From Malacoraja senta (Eukaryota): DNA of 64,000 bases. Of the stretch, positions 1-10,872 are shown in pieces. Position 1 is the first letter of the stretch. The number at the start of each line of letters is the position of its first letter. The position numbers and the translations under genes were made by a program. The DNA is taken from the NCBI GenBank assembly GCA_038087875.1, contig CM075978.1:169632001-169696000 (forward strand), in the 5' to 3' direction. Below the pieces are notes generated by a model. The model did no database searches. It had not been told where the DNA came from and saw only the letters and a list, made by a program, of their open reading frames with translations.

Positions 1-170
1 TACCATTCGGCGCCGCCGTTTCAGCGCCAACGTTTAGGCACCGCCGATTTGGGGTGTTAGAGTTAGGGTTAGGGTTAGGGTCAGGGTCAGGGTTAGGGTT
101 AAGGTTCTGATGAGTACAGATATTATAAACGGAGGCGCCAAACCAGCGGCGCCAAAAAGTACCCGACCCG
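1..170. mobile_element. Short TIR-type (MITE-like) element, cut by the window edge, containing telomere-like repeats
   Basis: The left GGCGCC-x-CGTTT motifs (9-50) are mirrored in inverted orientation at 127-170 (reverse complement GGGTACTTTTTGGCGCCGCTGGTTTGGCGCCTCCGTTT). A TTAGGG/TCAGGG array lies between them. Confidence 0.5.
57..106 (+). repeat. Interstitial telomeric-type repeat (TTAGGG)3(TCAGGG)2 TTAGGG with degenerate flanking units
   Basis: Read directly from the sequence. Confidence 0.9.
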
Positions 171-299
171 GCTTTTGGGCATGCGTTTTAGTAGCAACTC
201 ACTGTCCAAGGTCTTGCAGATACTGTCTAGCTTTCACTGGTACCTGCAGTTTTCTGTTACAATTTTCAGATTTCCAGCACCAATATTTTGCCTTTAACG

Positions 300-590
300 A
301 CCAGAGCACAGCTGGCTCACAGTGCCAGAGACCTGGGTTCGATCCAGACCTTAGGTACTATATGGGTGGAGTTTCTCCCCATAATCTCGTGGGTTTCCAC
401 CGCATGCGCCAGTTCCCTCCAACATCCCAAAGACATGTGGGTTTGTAGATTAATGTAAGTTGTAAATTGCCCTCTAGTGTGTAGGCAGTGGATGAAAAAG
501 TAGGATGACATAGAGCTAGTGTGAATGGGTAATCGATGGTCAGTGTGGACTAAGTAGGCCAAAGGGCCTGTTTCCAAGGTATCTTTCAAT
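300..590 (+). mobile_element. HE1/V-SINE-type tRNA-derived SINE
   Basis: B-box-like GGGTTCGATCC, partial V-SINE core, and CR1-like 3' end GGCCAAAGGGCCTGTTTCC. Confidence 0.75.
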
Positions 591-1429
591 TTCGATCTTA
601 TACTTTGTTTCTTTTTTTTTTGTTTACGTGGACTAGTAGCATCTGAAAGAGCAGATTGTGCTAATGGATTTGTGTTGCATATCTGTGACCTGTTAGTTTC
701 CCAATGCCATTATCTCACACCTCACAACCTCAGGACTTACTCCACCGTCAAATTAAATACTTCGGGAGTGTGTTTACAGTTGTGGGAGACTGGACAATCT
801 GTCCATGCATAGCAAGCACCCACATGCAGCAAAACATCAAATTATATGACTTGGTTTCGGTCAGAGAATAAATATTGGCCAAGACACTGGGAGGATTTCA
901 CTCACTCCAAAGAATGACTATGCATCTTTATTTCAGCTAGATATGCAGTAAAGGCCCCAGTTGAATCATACATTCAATAGCAGAAACACCATTGGAAGAT
1001 AAATACTGATCAGGATACAGGAGATTTTACAGAATCCTCATTTGCAAAATAATGCTGTGGAATTTTTTGTATCCCATTAAAAGAGCAGGCTGAGTTGCTG
1101 CGTTACAGTGGCAGAGATCACGGTTCAAGGTTGACAATGGGTACCGTCTGTACGGAGTTTGTACCTCCCCCCTGTGACCGTGTGGGTTTTCTCCAAGTGC
1201 TCTGATTTCGTACCACACTCCAAAGATATAAAGGTTTGTAGGCTAATTGGCTTTGGTAAAAAAAATGTTCCTTGTGTGTGGTAGTATACTAGTGTACAGT
1301 GTAATCGCTGGTCGACGCTTACTGTATCTCTAAAGTCTAAAGGTCTGAATTTAATGTATTGTTTCATTGAAGGCCCCTCGGACAGTGTAGCTCTCCCTCA
1401 GTAAGGCACCACACTCTCACCTTGATTGT

Positions 1430-1832
1430 TAGTTTAGTTTAGTTTAGAGATACAGTGCAGAAATAGACCCTTCAGCCCACCAAGACCGTGCTGACCAGTG
1501 TTCCCCATATCAAGCATGAGCCTACACACTAGGAACAATTTACACCAAAGTTAAATTAACCTACACATCTGTACTTCTTTGGAGTGTGGGAGGAAACTGG
1601 AGCACCCGGGGGAAACCTGGAGCACCCGGGGGAAACCCAAGTGGTCACAGGAAACCTGAAATCTGAAGAAGGGTTTTGACCCTAAACGTCACGCATTCCT
1701 TCTCTCCCGAGATGCTGCCTATCCAGCTTTGTGTCTATCTTTGGTCACAGGAAAAACATACAAACAGCACCCATAGTGAGGATCGAACCCGGGTCTCTGG
1801 AGCTGTAAGGCAGCAACTCTACCGCCGTGCCA
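1430..1832 (-). mobile_element. HE1/V-SINE copy interrupted by an 87-bp hammerhead-motif insertion (1655-1741)
   Basis: (TTTAG)n tail, V-SINE core, and a 13-bp TSD TGGTCACAGGAAA at 1642-1654 and 1742-1754 around the insert. Confidence 0.8.
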
Positions 1833-2074
1833 ATCCCTGTCTGGAGAATAAAGGGAACACATTTACACATACATACATCAAATAACTAGACCCATACAGA
1901 CACAGATACACACGTGCTCATGCAGCAGACACACTCTGCAAGCCGCACACATTTTTTCCTTTAATCCCCCCCAGACCATAGCCTGCTTTCACACTGGGAG
2001 CAATATAACACAGGCACCTGTCACTTCAACTTGTGTTTCTCTTAACATGCAAACCCATGCACTGTTCTCTCCTC

Positions 2075-2500
2075 TGAGCTATAGGGAGAGGTCGAGCAGG
2101 CTAGGACTATATTCCTTGGAGGGCAGGAGGATGAGGGGTGATCTTATAGATGTGTACAAAATCATGAGAGGAATAGATCGCATAGATGCACAGTCTTTTC
2201 CCCAGACGAGGAGAAATTGAGAACCAGAGGACATAGGTTTAAGTTGCAGTGGGAAAGATTTAATAGGAATCTGAGAGTAACTTTTTCACACAATGGGTGG
2301 TGGGTGTATGGAATGAGCCGCCAGAGGAGGTAGTTGAGGCAGAGACTATTGCACTATTTAAGAAACAATTAGACAGGTACATGGATAGGACAGGTTTAGA
2401 TGGATATGGGCCAAACATGTAGGACTAGTGTAGATGGGGCATGTTGGTCGGTGTGGGCAAGTTAGGCCAAAGGGCCTGTTTGTACGCTGTATGATACCAT
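2075..2500 (+). mobile_element. CR1/HER1-like LINE 3' fragment
   Basis: Decayed CR1 ORF2 C-terminus (RMRGDLIxVYKIMRGID-like) followed by the 3' UTR. Confidence 0.8.
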
Positions 2501-3914
2501 TACTCTCCTCCCCCTTTATTCCATTATTGGTTCTGAAACAATTTCAGCAGCTTAAAGCTTAAAAAAGCCTAAGCTTAAAAAAAAACAACTGCGGGCAGAT
2601 TTCAATTAAATTAACTGGCAACGTTTAAAATAAAAGCTCAAATCTTGCCCGTCGGAAACATTTCTTAACACAATTTAACCCTTTAACGCCACCAAGTGCA
2701 TCAACACAAACAATTTCCTGTCTAATTTCCTTCCTCCTAACCCTGATAAGGAAACAAGGTTCCCTCAGGGCCAACAATAATTCCTTGGTAGCTTATCCGG
2801 ACCAGAGGGGTTGCAAATGAATCTTCGGCATGGTTTAATACAGGACAGTGCATTGATTTGGGATCTGAAATGATCACTCCATTAGTTAACAAGGGCGCAG
2901 TTTAAAGAAAATAAACACGGGGGGGGGGGGGGGGGGGGGAGAGAAAGAAATGCTGCAGGAGAATTGATAAAGCATAGTGACTGATATACAATTAAAGCAA
3001 ATGAGTCATTAATATTAACAGGGGTTTAAACTTGGTAATTTATGTTTATATAAATGAGCATGCGGCAGCCCATCACATTTTACAATTAAAAGTATAATTA
3101 CGAAGACAACAGTTTAAATACCACTTTAGCACTGGGCTTGGTTTTCTTTCTTATCCTGGTGTTCTAGCATGTGCCTTGTGTTTTATCGGTAATTTAAGAT
3201 AAGTACGTATATATTTTGTTCTTATATACAGAGTCATTATGTATACAGTGTAATACTTCACTTAACAGGGTCAGTATAGCAATTGCACATATATATATAA
3301 GGTACATAAGTTAGCAGTTAAGTAAATGTACATGTAGCAGGATACATACAAAACATATCACATTCTAGATGTCTGTAAGCAGATGCGATATATATTGACA
3401 ATGAATGGATGCAAGTACACTGGATATGGATACATGTCTGAATATAAACAAGTACAGCGTTTATCAACAGTAAATATATAAAAAGCTAAAAATATTGCAA
3501 TTTGTGGAAAATAAATCCACATGAACTACAAGCAAGTCCAATTTGGAGATACAGAATGCATAAGATGGTATATATGAAAGATGTTGCCTGTCAGTATGGA
3601 TAGTTGGTAAATGTATAGGGGACACGTTGTCTGCAAGAACACACTAGTGGTAAATATATAGGATGTTCCTAAATATAATCGTAGACACACAATCAACGGT
3701 TGGGTGTCCCCTGCGTGAATGTGCAGACCGAATGTCAATGTATAAGATGCCTCAGTGTACAAGTACAGACTGACAGTCAATATATAGTGATGGTCAATGT
3801 ATGAGTGCTCGCTATCTACAAGTGCACTGTGGCAATCAATGTACTCCGTGATGCTCCGTGTCAATGTAAAGATGCTAACGGTTCAGGGCACACACTGTAA
3901 GCGCACCAGAGAGA

Positions 3915-3970
3915 CACATACAGACACACACACACACACACACACACACACCAGACACACACACACACAC
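3915..3970. repeat. (CA)n microsatellite in VAT1L intron 1
   Basis: Read directly from the sequence. Confidence 0.9.
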
Positions 3971-4017
3971 AGGACGGGGCGCAGCGACTGCGGGTTAGAC
4001 TGAACCGGCTACTTAAC

Positions 4018-4225
4018 CAGGCCTTGACTCGAATCTTCAGCTCTCCCTCCAGTGGTTCGGGCATCGCCTTCCTGGCCACCCTGAGCTTGTTCAGCCCCCG
4101 AAGCCGGAGAGGAGGACGGCTCGGATCTCTTTGGTGTCTCCCAGCCCGCTGCCCCGTTCTTTGGCCGCATCTTTCTCAATCATGTGGTCCGTCTCCTCGC
4201 TCTTGTCCAACCCTTCGCTAGCCAT
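4018..4225 (-). CDS. VAT1L: Synaptic vesicle membrane protein VAT-1 homolog-like, coding exon 1 (one-base deletion in the G-run at 4095-4099 as assembled)
   Basis: ATG at 4225 reads MASEGLDKSEETDHMIEKDAAKERGSGLGDTKEIRAVLLSGFGG; after a one-base shift it reads LNKLRVARKAMPEPLEGELKIRVKA and ends TG|GTTAAG (donor 4017-4016). This matches the vertebrate VAT1L N-terminus as I recall it. VAT1L is adjacent to NUDT7 in human. Confidence 0.92.
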
Positions 4226-4229
4226 GAGC

Positions 4230-4306
4230 AGAGAGGCGAGAGAGAGAGAGAGAGAGAGAGAGAGGTTGCCCGGGACACAGCAGGGATGGAGTGGAGTGGA
4301 GTGGAG
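4230..4306. repeat. (GA)n and (GGAGT)n simple repeats in the putative VAT1L 5' UTR
   Basis: Read directly; lies between the candidate TATA box and the ATG. Confidence 0.8.
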
Positions 4307-4469
4307 GGCAGGGCGGGTTGGGTGCAGGCAGAGTGTCTGTCTGTCTCTGTCTCTCTGTACTGCACACGCTGCGAGTCCACCCCTAACTTCAACTGCGATC
4401 GAGCGCTAGCGCAGGCAGAGCGGTCGTAATGCAGGGAATACAACACGCGAGGAGTTGCTGTAATCCATC

Positions 4470-4477
4470 TTTATATA
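4470..4477 (-). promoter_or_regulatory. Candidate VAT1L TATA box (TATATAAA)
   Basis: Minus-strand CTATATAAAG about 245 nt upstream of the ATG, beside a CpG-rich stretch, with a G-rich box at 4491-4504. Confidence 0.5.
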
Positions 4478-4579
4478 GTGTAGCCCTGTAAGGGGAGGGG
4501 GGGCAAACAGATTCAATAACCGGCTCCAAAAACAAAATGCTGTATGTAGCAACCAGATCTCCCCTTTCAGGTGAGAGGG

Positions 4580-5250
4580 GAGATTGCCAGGACTCGAGGG
4601 CATGAACTATAGGGAGAGGTCGAGCAAGCTAGGACTCTATTCCTTGGAGCGCAGGAGGTTGAGGGGTGATCTTTTAGAGGTGTACAAAATCACGAGAGGA
4701 ATAGAGCAGGTAAATGCACAGGGTCTCTTGCCCAGGGTATAGGAATCCAGAACCAGAGGACATTGGTTGAAGGTGAGGGGAAAAATGTAATAGGAACCTG
4801 ATGGGTAACTTTTTCACACAAAGAGTGGCGGGTGCATGGAACGAGCTGCCAGAGGAGGTAGTTGAGGCAGGTGCTATCACAATGTTTAAGAAACATTTGG
4901 ACAGGTACATTGACAAGGTTAGAGGAATATGGGCCAAACGCAGGCAGGTGGGACTAGTGTAGATGGGACATGTTGGTCGGTATGGGCAAGTTGGGCCACT
5001 GGGCCTGTTTCCATGCTGTATGACTCCATGTGGGGAAAGATTTAATCGGAACCTGAGGAGCAACGTTTTCACACAGAGGGTGGTGGGTTTATGAACCCAG
5101 CTGCCAGAGGAAGTAGTTGAGGCATTTAAAGGACACTTGGACATGGATAGGAAAGGTTTAGAAGGATATGGGCTAAATGCAGACAGGTGGGACTAGTGGA
5201 GATAGTCTGCCTGGGCAAGTTGGGTTGAAGGGAATGTTTCCATGCCTTCT
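4580..5250 (+). mobile_element. Two tandem CR1/HER1-like LINE 3' fragments
   Basis: The CR1 3' UTR occurs twice (4580-5030 and 5030-5250). Confidence 0.8.
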
Positions 5251-5529
5251 GTATGGAACGGGGAAAAGGTACAAACTCCATACAGACAGCACCCGTAGTC
5301 AGGATTGAACCCATCTCTGGCGCTGTAAGGCAGCAATTCTACTTCTGCGCCACATAGATATTGATTGATTAGATTAGGTAAAGGCAAACTGGAAGTGCTG
5401 CACAGAATTCTAATTGGATATATACATTTATTTCTGGAGAGGTGAATTTTGGAACAAAGCCATGTGCTCCAAAAGGTCGAGGTTTGGATGTTCTTGTTGA
5501 ATGTTGAGTTAGCTGAGTACAGGTAATAA

Positions 5530-6086
5530 GAATGACTTATTTGGAATATTTTAAGCAGTTTAGGGCCCCATATCTGAGGAAGGAAGGATGTGCTGGTGTT
5601 GGAGAGGGTCCAGAGGAAGTTTACGAGAATGATCCCAGGAATGTTTGGATTAATATATGATGGGCATTTGATGGCACTGGGCCTGTACTCACTGGAATTG
5701 AGAAGGATGAAGGGGCACCTCATTGAAACTTACCGAATAGTAAAAGGCCTAGATAGAGTGGATGTGGGGAGGATGTTTCCACTAGTGGAAGAGTCTAGGA
5801 CCAGAGGCCATAGGTTCAGTATAAAAGGATGTACCTTTAGAAAGAAGGAATTTATTTAGTTGGAGGGTGGAGATTCTGTGGAATTCATTTCCACGGATGG
5901 CTGTGGAGGCCAAATCATTTGCTATTTTTAAGGTGGAGTTTGACGGTTTCTTGATTAGTAATGGTGTCAAGGGTTGTGGGGAGAAGGCAGGAGAATGGGG
6001 TTGAGAGGGATAGACCATTCAGGGACTGAATGGCGGAATAGACTTGATGGGCCAAATGGCCTCATTCTGCTCCTAGAATTTATGAA
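5530..6086 (+). mobile_element. CR1 LINE ORF2 C-terminus and 3' UTR remnant
   Basis: ORF 5590-5859 contains LERVQRKFTRMIPG...LGLYSLELRRMKGHLIETYRI...SRTRGH, typical of CR1. Confidence 0.9.
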
Positions 6087-7123
6087 GGATTGAAAGGATT
6101 TAGTGAGTACTACTGAGCCAATGCTCCTGCCCCTGAATATGATTCATCAACACATGCATCATATTAATGACGAAGATGAGAGAGACAGATTTAGCTTCAC
6201 TGCTTGTTGTAATCAGATACTAGTTATCTGAGTACTCACACAGTTTACTGGGAAAGGTGCTAATGCAACGGTGAAGCCAGAGCCTTTCGGAATTGGGGAG
6301 GAGAAACTGAGGAACTACAAATTCCCTTTAATACGATTTGACAGGATTACAGTATAATTTGACTGGATAGCACACAAACAAAGCTTTTCACTGTGTATCT
6401 CGGTTCATGTACAGACCAATACCCAATATGCTTTGAAATGGATTTCAGGGATAAATATAAAAAATGACAAATTTAGGAGTGTATGTTTTGTTGAGTTGAA
6501 TCTATATTATGTTTAAATCAGATGATTTAAGTTGTAATGCTTCTCATTTTATTTCCCTGCATTGGGTTTGCATGAGATTTTAATTATTCAGTAGTCTCTT
6601 CCCACCAGCAAATCCATGTTGTCATGTCACACCAACAGTGTTCAATATAAAATATGATATAATGTGCAGTAGGGCAGCAAAATGGTACAATAATGTAATT
6701 ATTCAACTAAAGATGCAGGGGTAACAGTGTGCGTGCTTCATGGAAAGGCTAATCTTGTTGACTGCACCTCTACTGAATGCATCCGTACCAAACTGCAACA
6801 GTACAGTGCAGATACTTATAGCTGTCTCGCTCTCTCTGTGAGCGAGAATGTCAAGTCATAGAGTCATACAGATTGGAAACAGCATCTTCAGCCCAACATC
6901 CCAAGAAGCCCCATCTAAGCCAGTCCTATTTGCCTACGTTTGGCCCATATCGTTCCAAATCTTTCCTATCCCGAAGGCAAGGGAATCCTACGCTGCAAGT
7001 TTCTGTGCTAGCTGGCCAGCTGTTTTTTCACTGTATCATACTCTGGTACATCTCCCTACAAGTAATGACTTCACTTTCTGAAATCTGCTCCATAATATTC
7101 TTCAAAGTCTATTTGATGGAAAG

Positions 7124-7216
7124 ACACAAAATGCTGGAGTAACTCAGGGGGTCAGGCAGCATCTCTGGACAAAAGGAAAAGGTGCCGTTTCATGTTGACA
7201 CCCTTCTTCAGACCTA
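7124..7216 (-). mobile_element. Short Penelope-derived unit with a degenerate hammerhead motif
   Basis: TSD TCTATTTGATGGAAAG / TCTGTTTGATAGAAAG (14 of 16 match); minus-strand CTGAAGAAGGG...GAAACGG. Confidence 0.7.
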
Positions 7217-7529
7217 TCTGTTTGATAGAAAGTCCATTAATAAGGACAGTTCATTTATATCTATAATGAATACATGGCTAGGCTGTGATATGGCAGAACA
7301 ATAGTTATTGTGTAGAAACAAGGAAATGCAAATGCTGGCTTTCAAAAAAAGGACACAAAATGCTGGAGTAACTCAATGGGTCAGGCAACATCTCTGGAGA
7401 ACATGGATTGGTGATGTTTCAGGTTGGGACCCTTTTTCAGACTGGATAGCAATTATTATACTGGACCAGTCATCCAGAAGATGAGAATATTAATCATAAT
7501 TCCCTTTATGAATGTTTGAGAACTTAAAA

Positions 7530-8891
7530 TCTATATTACTAAAAGTCTGATCTTGACCACTTCCTGTTGTTCTGTATATTGATTTTATAAAAAACGCTGC
7601 CACTTACGGCTGTGATTTTTGGCCATCTTACTCAGAACCCCCCTCTGCTGCGCAGGACAAGAGGATTTTTCCCATAGATGAAACATAAAAGAGTTATTAG
7701 TGTTTAAAAAATGTTGAAATTCGCTTTCCTGAAGGACACGCCCCTTCTGGAGGGACTATAAAATCCGGAAGTGTTGAGTGCCTCAGTCAGTCTCTGCAAG
7801 ATGGGGCAAGCGAGAGGGTCACGTCTCTCAGTCTGAGCTGTGAATAACACTGAACACATGTCTACTAAACTGTGAGTGGTTTTACTGACCTGTCAGTGTC
7901 CTTAATGTGGTTTGAAAATATAGTTTGGAAATGCTAAAGCTGTGTTGCCTTTGGTTTGGAAATGCTAAAGCTGTGTTGCCTTTGGTTTGGAAATGCTAAA
8001 GCTGTGTTGCCTTTGGTTTGGAAATGCTAAAGCTGTGTTGCCTTTGGTTTGGAAATGCTAAAGCTGTGTTGTCTTTAGTTTGGAAATGCTAAAGCTGTGT
8101 TGCCTTTGGTTTGGAAATGCTAAAGCTGTGTTGCCTTTGGTTTGGAAATGCTAAAGCTGTGCTGCCTAATTAAAGTTGCCTTGCCTAATTAAAGTTGCCT
8201 TGCTTTCTATATAATTAAAAGTCTAATCTTGACCACTTCCTGTTTGCGCTTTATATTGATTTTAGAAAAAACGCTTCCATGGACGGCTGTGATTTTTGGC
8301 CATCTTACCTAGAGTCCCTCTCTGCTCATCAGGTGCCGAGGATGTTTCCCATTGTTGAAAAATAAAAGAGTTATTAGTGTTTAAAAAATGTTGAGATTCT
8401 CTCTCCTGTCAATCACGTCATGAAGGCCATGCCCCTTCTGTTGGGAGGGGGAGGGATTATAAAACCCAGAAGTGTGGGCATGGCTCAGTCTCTGCAAGAT
8501 GGAGGAGGGAGAGGTCACGACTGGCTGTCTTTAGTGGCCTTGCACCCTGCTTGAAATGGTATGAAACTGCACTTGAATTTGGTGGCCTTGCACCCTGCTT
8601 GAAATGGAATTTCAAGGAATAGCCGTGAGTCAACTGCCAGCCCACCAGCCGTGAGTGAGTGAGCTGCCAGCACAACAGGCTTGAGTGACTGAGCCGCCAG
8701 CCCAAGAATCCATTCGGCCCACAATGTCCATACTAGCCCTCTGTAAATCAGTCCCTTCAGACCACAACATTCATACTAGCACTCCAGAAAGCCCCCACCC
8801 CCCCACTGGCCACCAATATTGGAATTGGTGGAGAGGTGGAATATTGCGTTGGGGGACCTGCCCTCCCGTGTGATCCTGGGACTTAGTCTAG
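7530..8891 (+). mobile_element. Non-autonomous Helitron, composite, with a second internal 5' end at 8206
   Basis: Termini A|TCTATATTACTAAAA and TAGTCTAG|T, inserted between A and T with no TSD. A related 5' module TCTATATAATTAAAAGTCTAATCTTGACCACTTCC starts at 8206. Internal minisatellite. Confidence 0.8.
7924..8167. repeat. 31-bp minisatellite, about 8 copies (TTTGGAAATGCTAAAGCTGTGTTGCCTTTGG), inside the Helitron
   Basis: Near-identical head-to-tail units with period 31 and no spacers. Confidence 0.95.
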
Positions 8892-8899
8892 TACTTTAA

Positions 8900-9240
8900 T
8901 AAAGGCCTGGATAGAGTGGATGTGGAGAGGATGTTTACGCTAGTGGGAGAGCCTAGGACCAGAGGCCATAGCCTAAGAATAAAAGTACATACCTTTAGAA
9001 AGAAGGTGAGGAGGAATTTCTTTAGTCAGAGGGTGATGAATCTGAGGAATTAATTGCCACAGATGGCTGTGGAGGCCAAGTAAAGCAGAGATTGACAGGT
9101 TCTTGATTAGTAAGGGTGTCAGGAGTTAGGGGAAGATGGCAGGAGAATACGGTTGAGCGGGAAAGATAGATAAGTCATGATTGATTGGCAAAGTAGACTT
9201 GATGGGCCGAATGACCTAATTTGGCTCCAATAACTTACGA
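8900..9240 (+). mobile_element. CR1 LINE 3' fragment, probably the Helitron's target
   Basis: Same family as 5530-6086; resumes right after the Helitron 3' end. Confidence 0.8.
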
Positions 9241-10523
9241 TCTCAGGAACTCATTTGACTAGGATGAATAGCCTTGCTCTACGCTTAAAGTGTCTTTGAT
9301 TCTATATTTGTATATTGTAAATATGTTCATCCAATAACCTTTAAAGATTTTAAGTCAATTTCCACATAATCGCAAATGCAAAACAAAAAATGTCTGGATA
9401 CAGAAAATAGTCAATCATTTTGTTTAAAAAAATGGAAGATCTAAAATAAGGAAGTGAAGCTAATGTGCAAATAGATGTGTGTAACAGCTATCCCTAGTAA
9501 TCTGAGAAAAAAAATTTGCGCCACGTATGTGTTTCCATGGTGTCCTGGAGACTTGGGTCAGTTCGAAAATTATTTGCAGCAGGGGTGTGAAATGATCTCA
9601 CCTTTGTTTTCCTGATGGTGATGGAGACCTCAAAACAATATTGCTTCTCATCAAAGGTCCTTGCCGGTTTAAATGATGGCATCTTTTTATATCTCCAACT
9701 GCACAAATTAATTTGTCATGAAATTGTTGCCTTTTGATTATTTTTAGGCTATGCCATTTAGAAAATGAAACACAGTTTACATATATTTCTGTATCCTGTA
9801 CCTTTTTCTATATAAAATCATTAATAATTCAGAATAAAAATGTTACGTATTTTGACTCTTTTATTTTTGAGGTGCATTTGTGGGGCTTTGACTTTATAGG
9901 TAACTTCTGATACTAAGCTGCTTCATAAATAATATTCCCTCGTCCTGTTGGGTTTTATTTTCTCAATTTCGTTGAGTTTAGTTTCAAGGTACAGCACGGA
10001 AGCGGGTCCTTTGGCCCACTGAGTCCGTGCTGACCAGCGATCACCCCACACACTAGCACTATCCTACACACTAGGGACAGTTTAATATATTTTACCGAAG
10101 CCAATTAACCTACTAACCCGCACGACTTTGTAGTGTGGGAGGAATCTGGAGAAGGTGGGGGAAATCCATGCGGTCTCAGGGAGAATGTACAAACTCCGTA
10201 CAGACAGCACCCATAGTCAAGATTGAACCCAGGTCTCTGCCTGCCTCCAATGACCAACACTCAGGAGTCTGACAAGTCTAATAATGTTTTTTTTCCCCTG
10301 TTAGTTTAGAAGATCATGAAGATAAGAGCAGCACAAAGCACCTACAAATCATGTGATGTTTTAATATATTGTTTTAATTGATTTATTCATTTCCAAACAG
10401 TGCTGGAATGGCCCAGAGATACAAGAGACAAAAGATGCCAGAATATGAGTCTCGACTGAAAAGTCAAACATCCCTTTACTTCCGTGGATGCTGCTTAACC
10501 CACTGTGTTCTGCCAGCAAAAAA

Positions 10524-10872
10524 AGAGACACAAAATGCTGAAGTAACTCTGTGGTTGGGCAACATCTCTGCAGAACATAGGTAAGTAACATTTACAGTCA
10601 GGAAGATAGACACAAAGTACTGGAGTAGCTCAGCGGGTCAGGCAGCATCTTTGGAGAAAACAGATGGGTGATGTTTCGAGTCAGGACCTTTCTTCAGACT
10701 GCTGGACCACAAACCGCAACAAAACGCTGGAAGAATTTAAGTTTGAAGAAGGATCCCGACCTGAAACGTCACCCATCCATTTTCTCCAGAGATGCTGCCT
10801 GACCTGCTGAGATACTCCAGCACTTTGTGTCTGGCTTCGGTGTAACTAATTTCTGCAATTCCTTTCTACACG
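10524..10872. mobile_element. Penelope-derived units arranged as an inverted pair, each arm with a degenerate hammerhead motif
   Basis: Arm 10605-10700 is the approximate reverse complement of arm 10742-10835. Confidence 0.75.

Noticed and set aside
7924-8167. CRISPR-like array of 31-bp repeats
   Set aside because: Units are head-to-tail with no unique spacers, the context is eukaryotic and there are no cas genes; it is a Helitron minisatellite.
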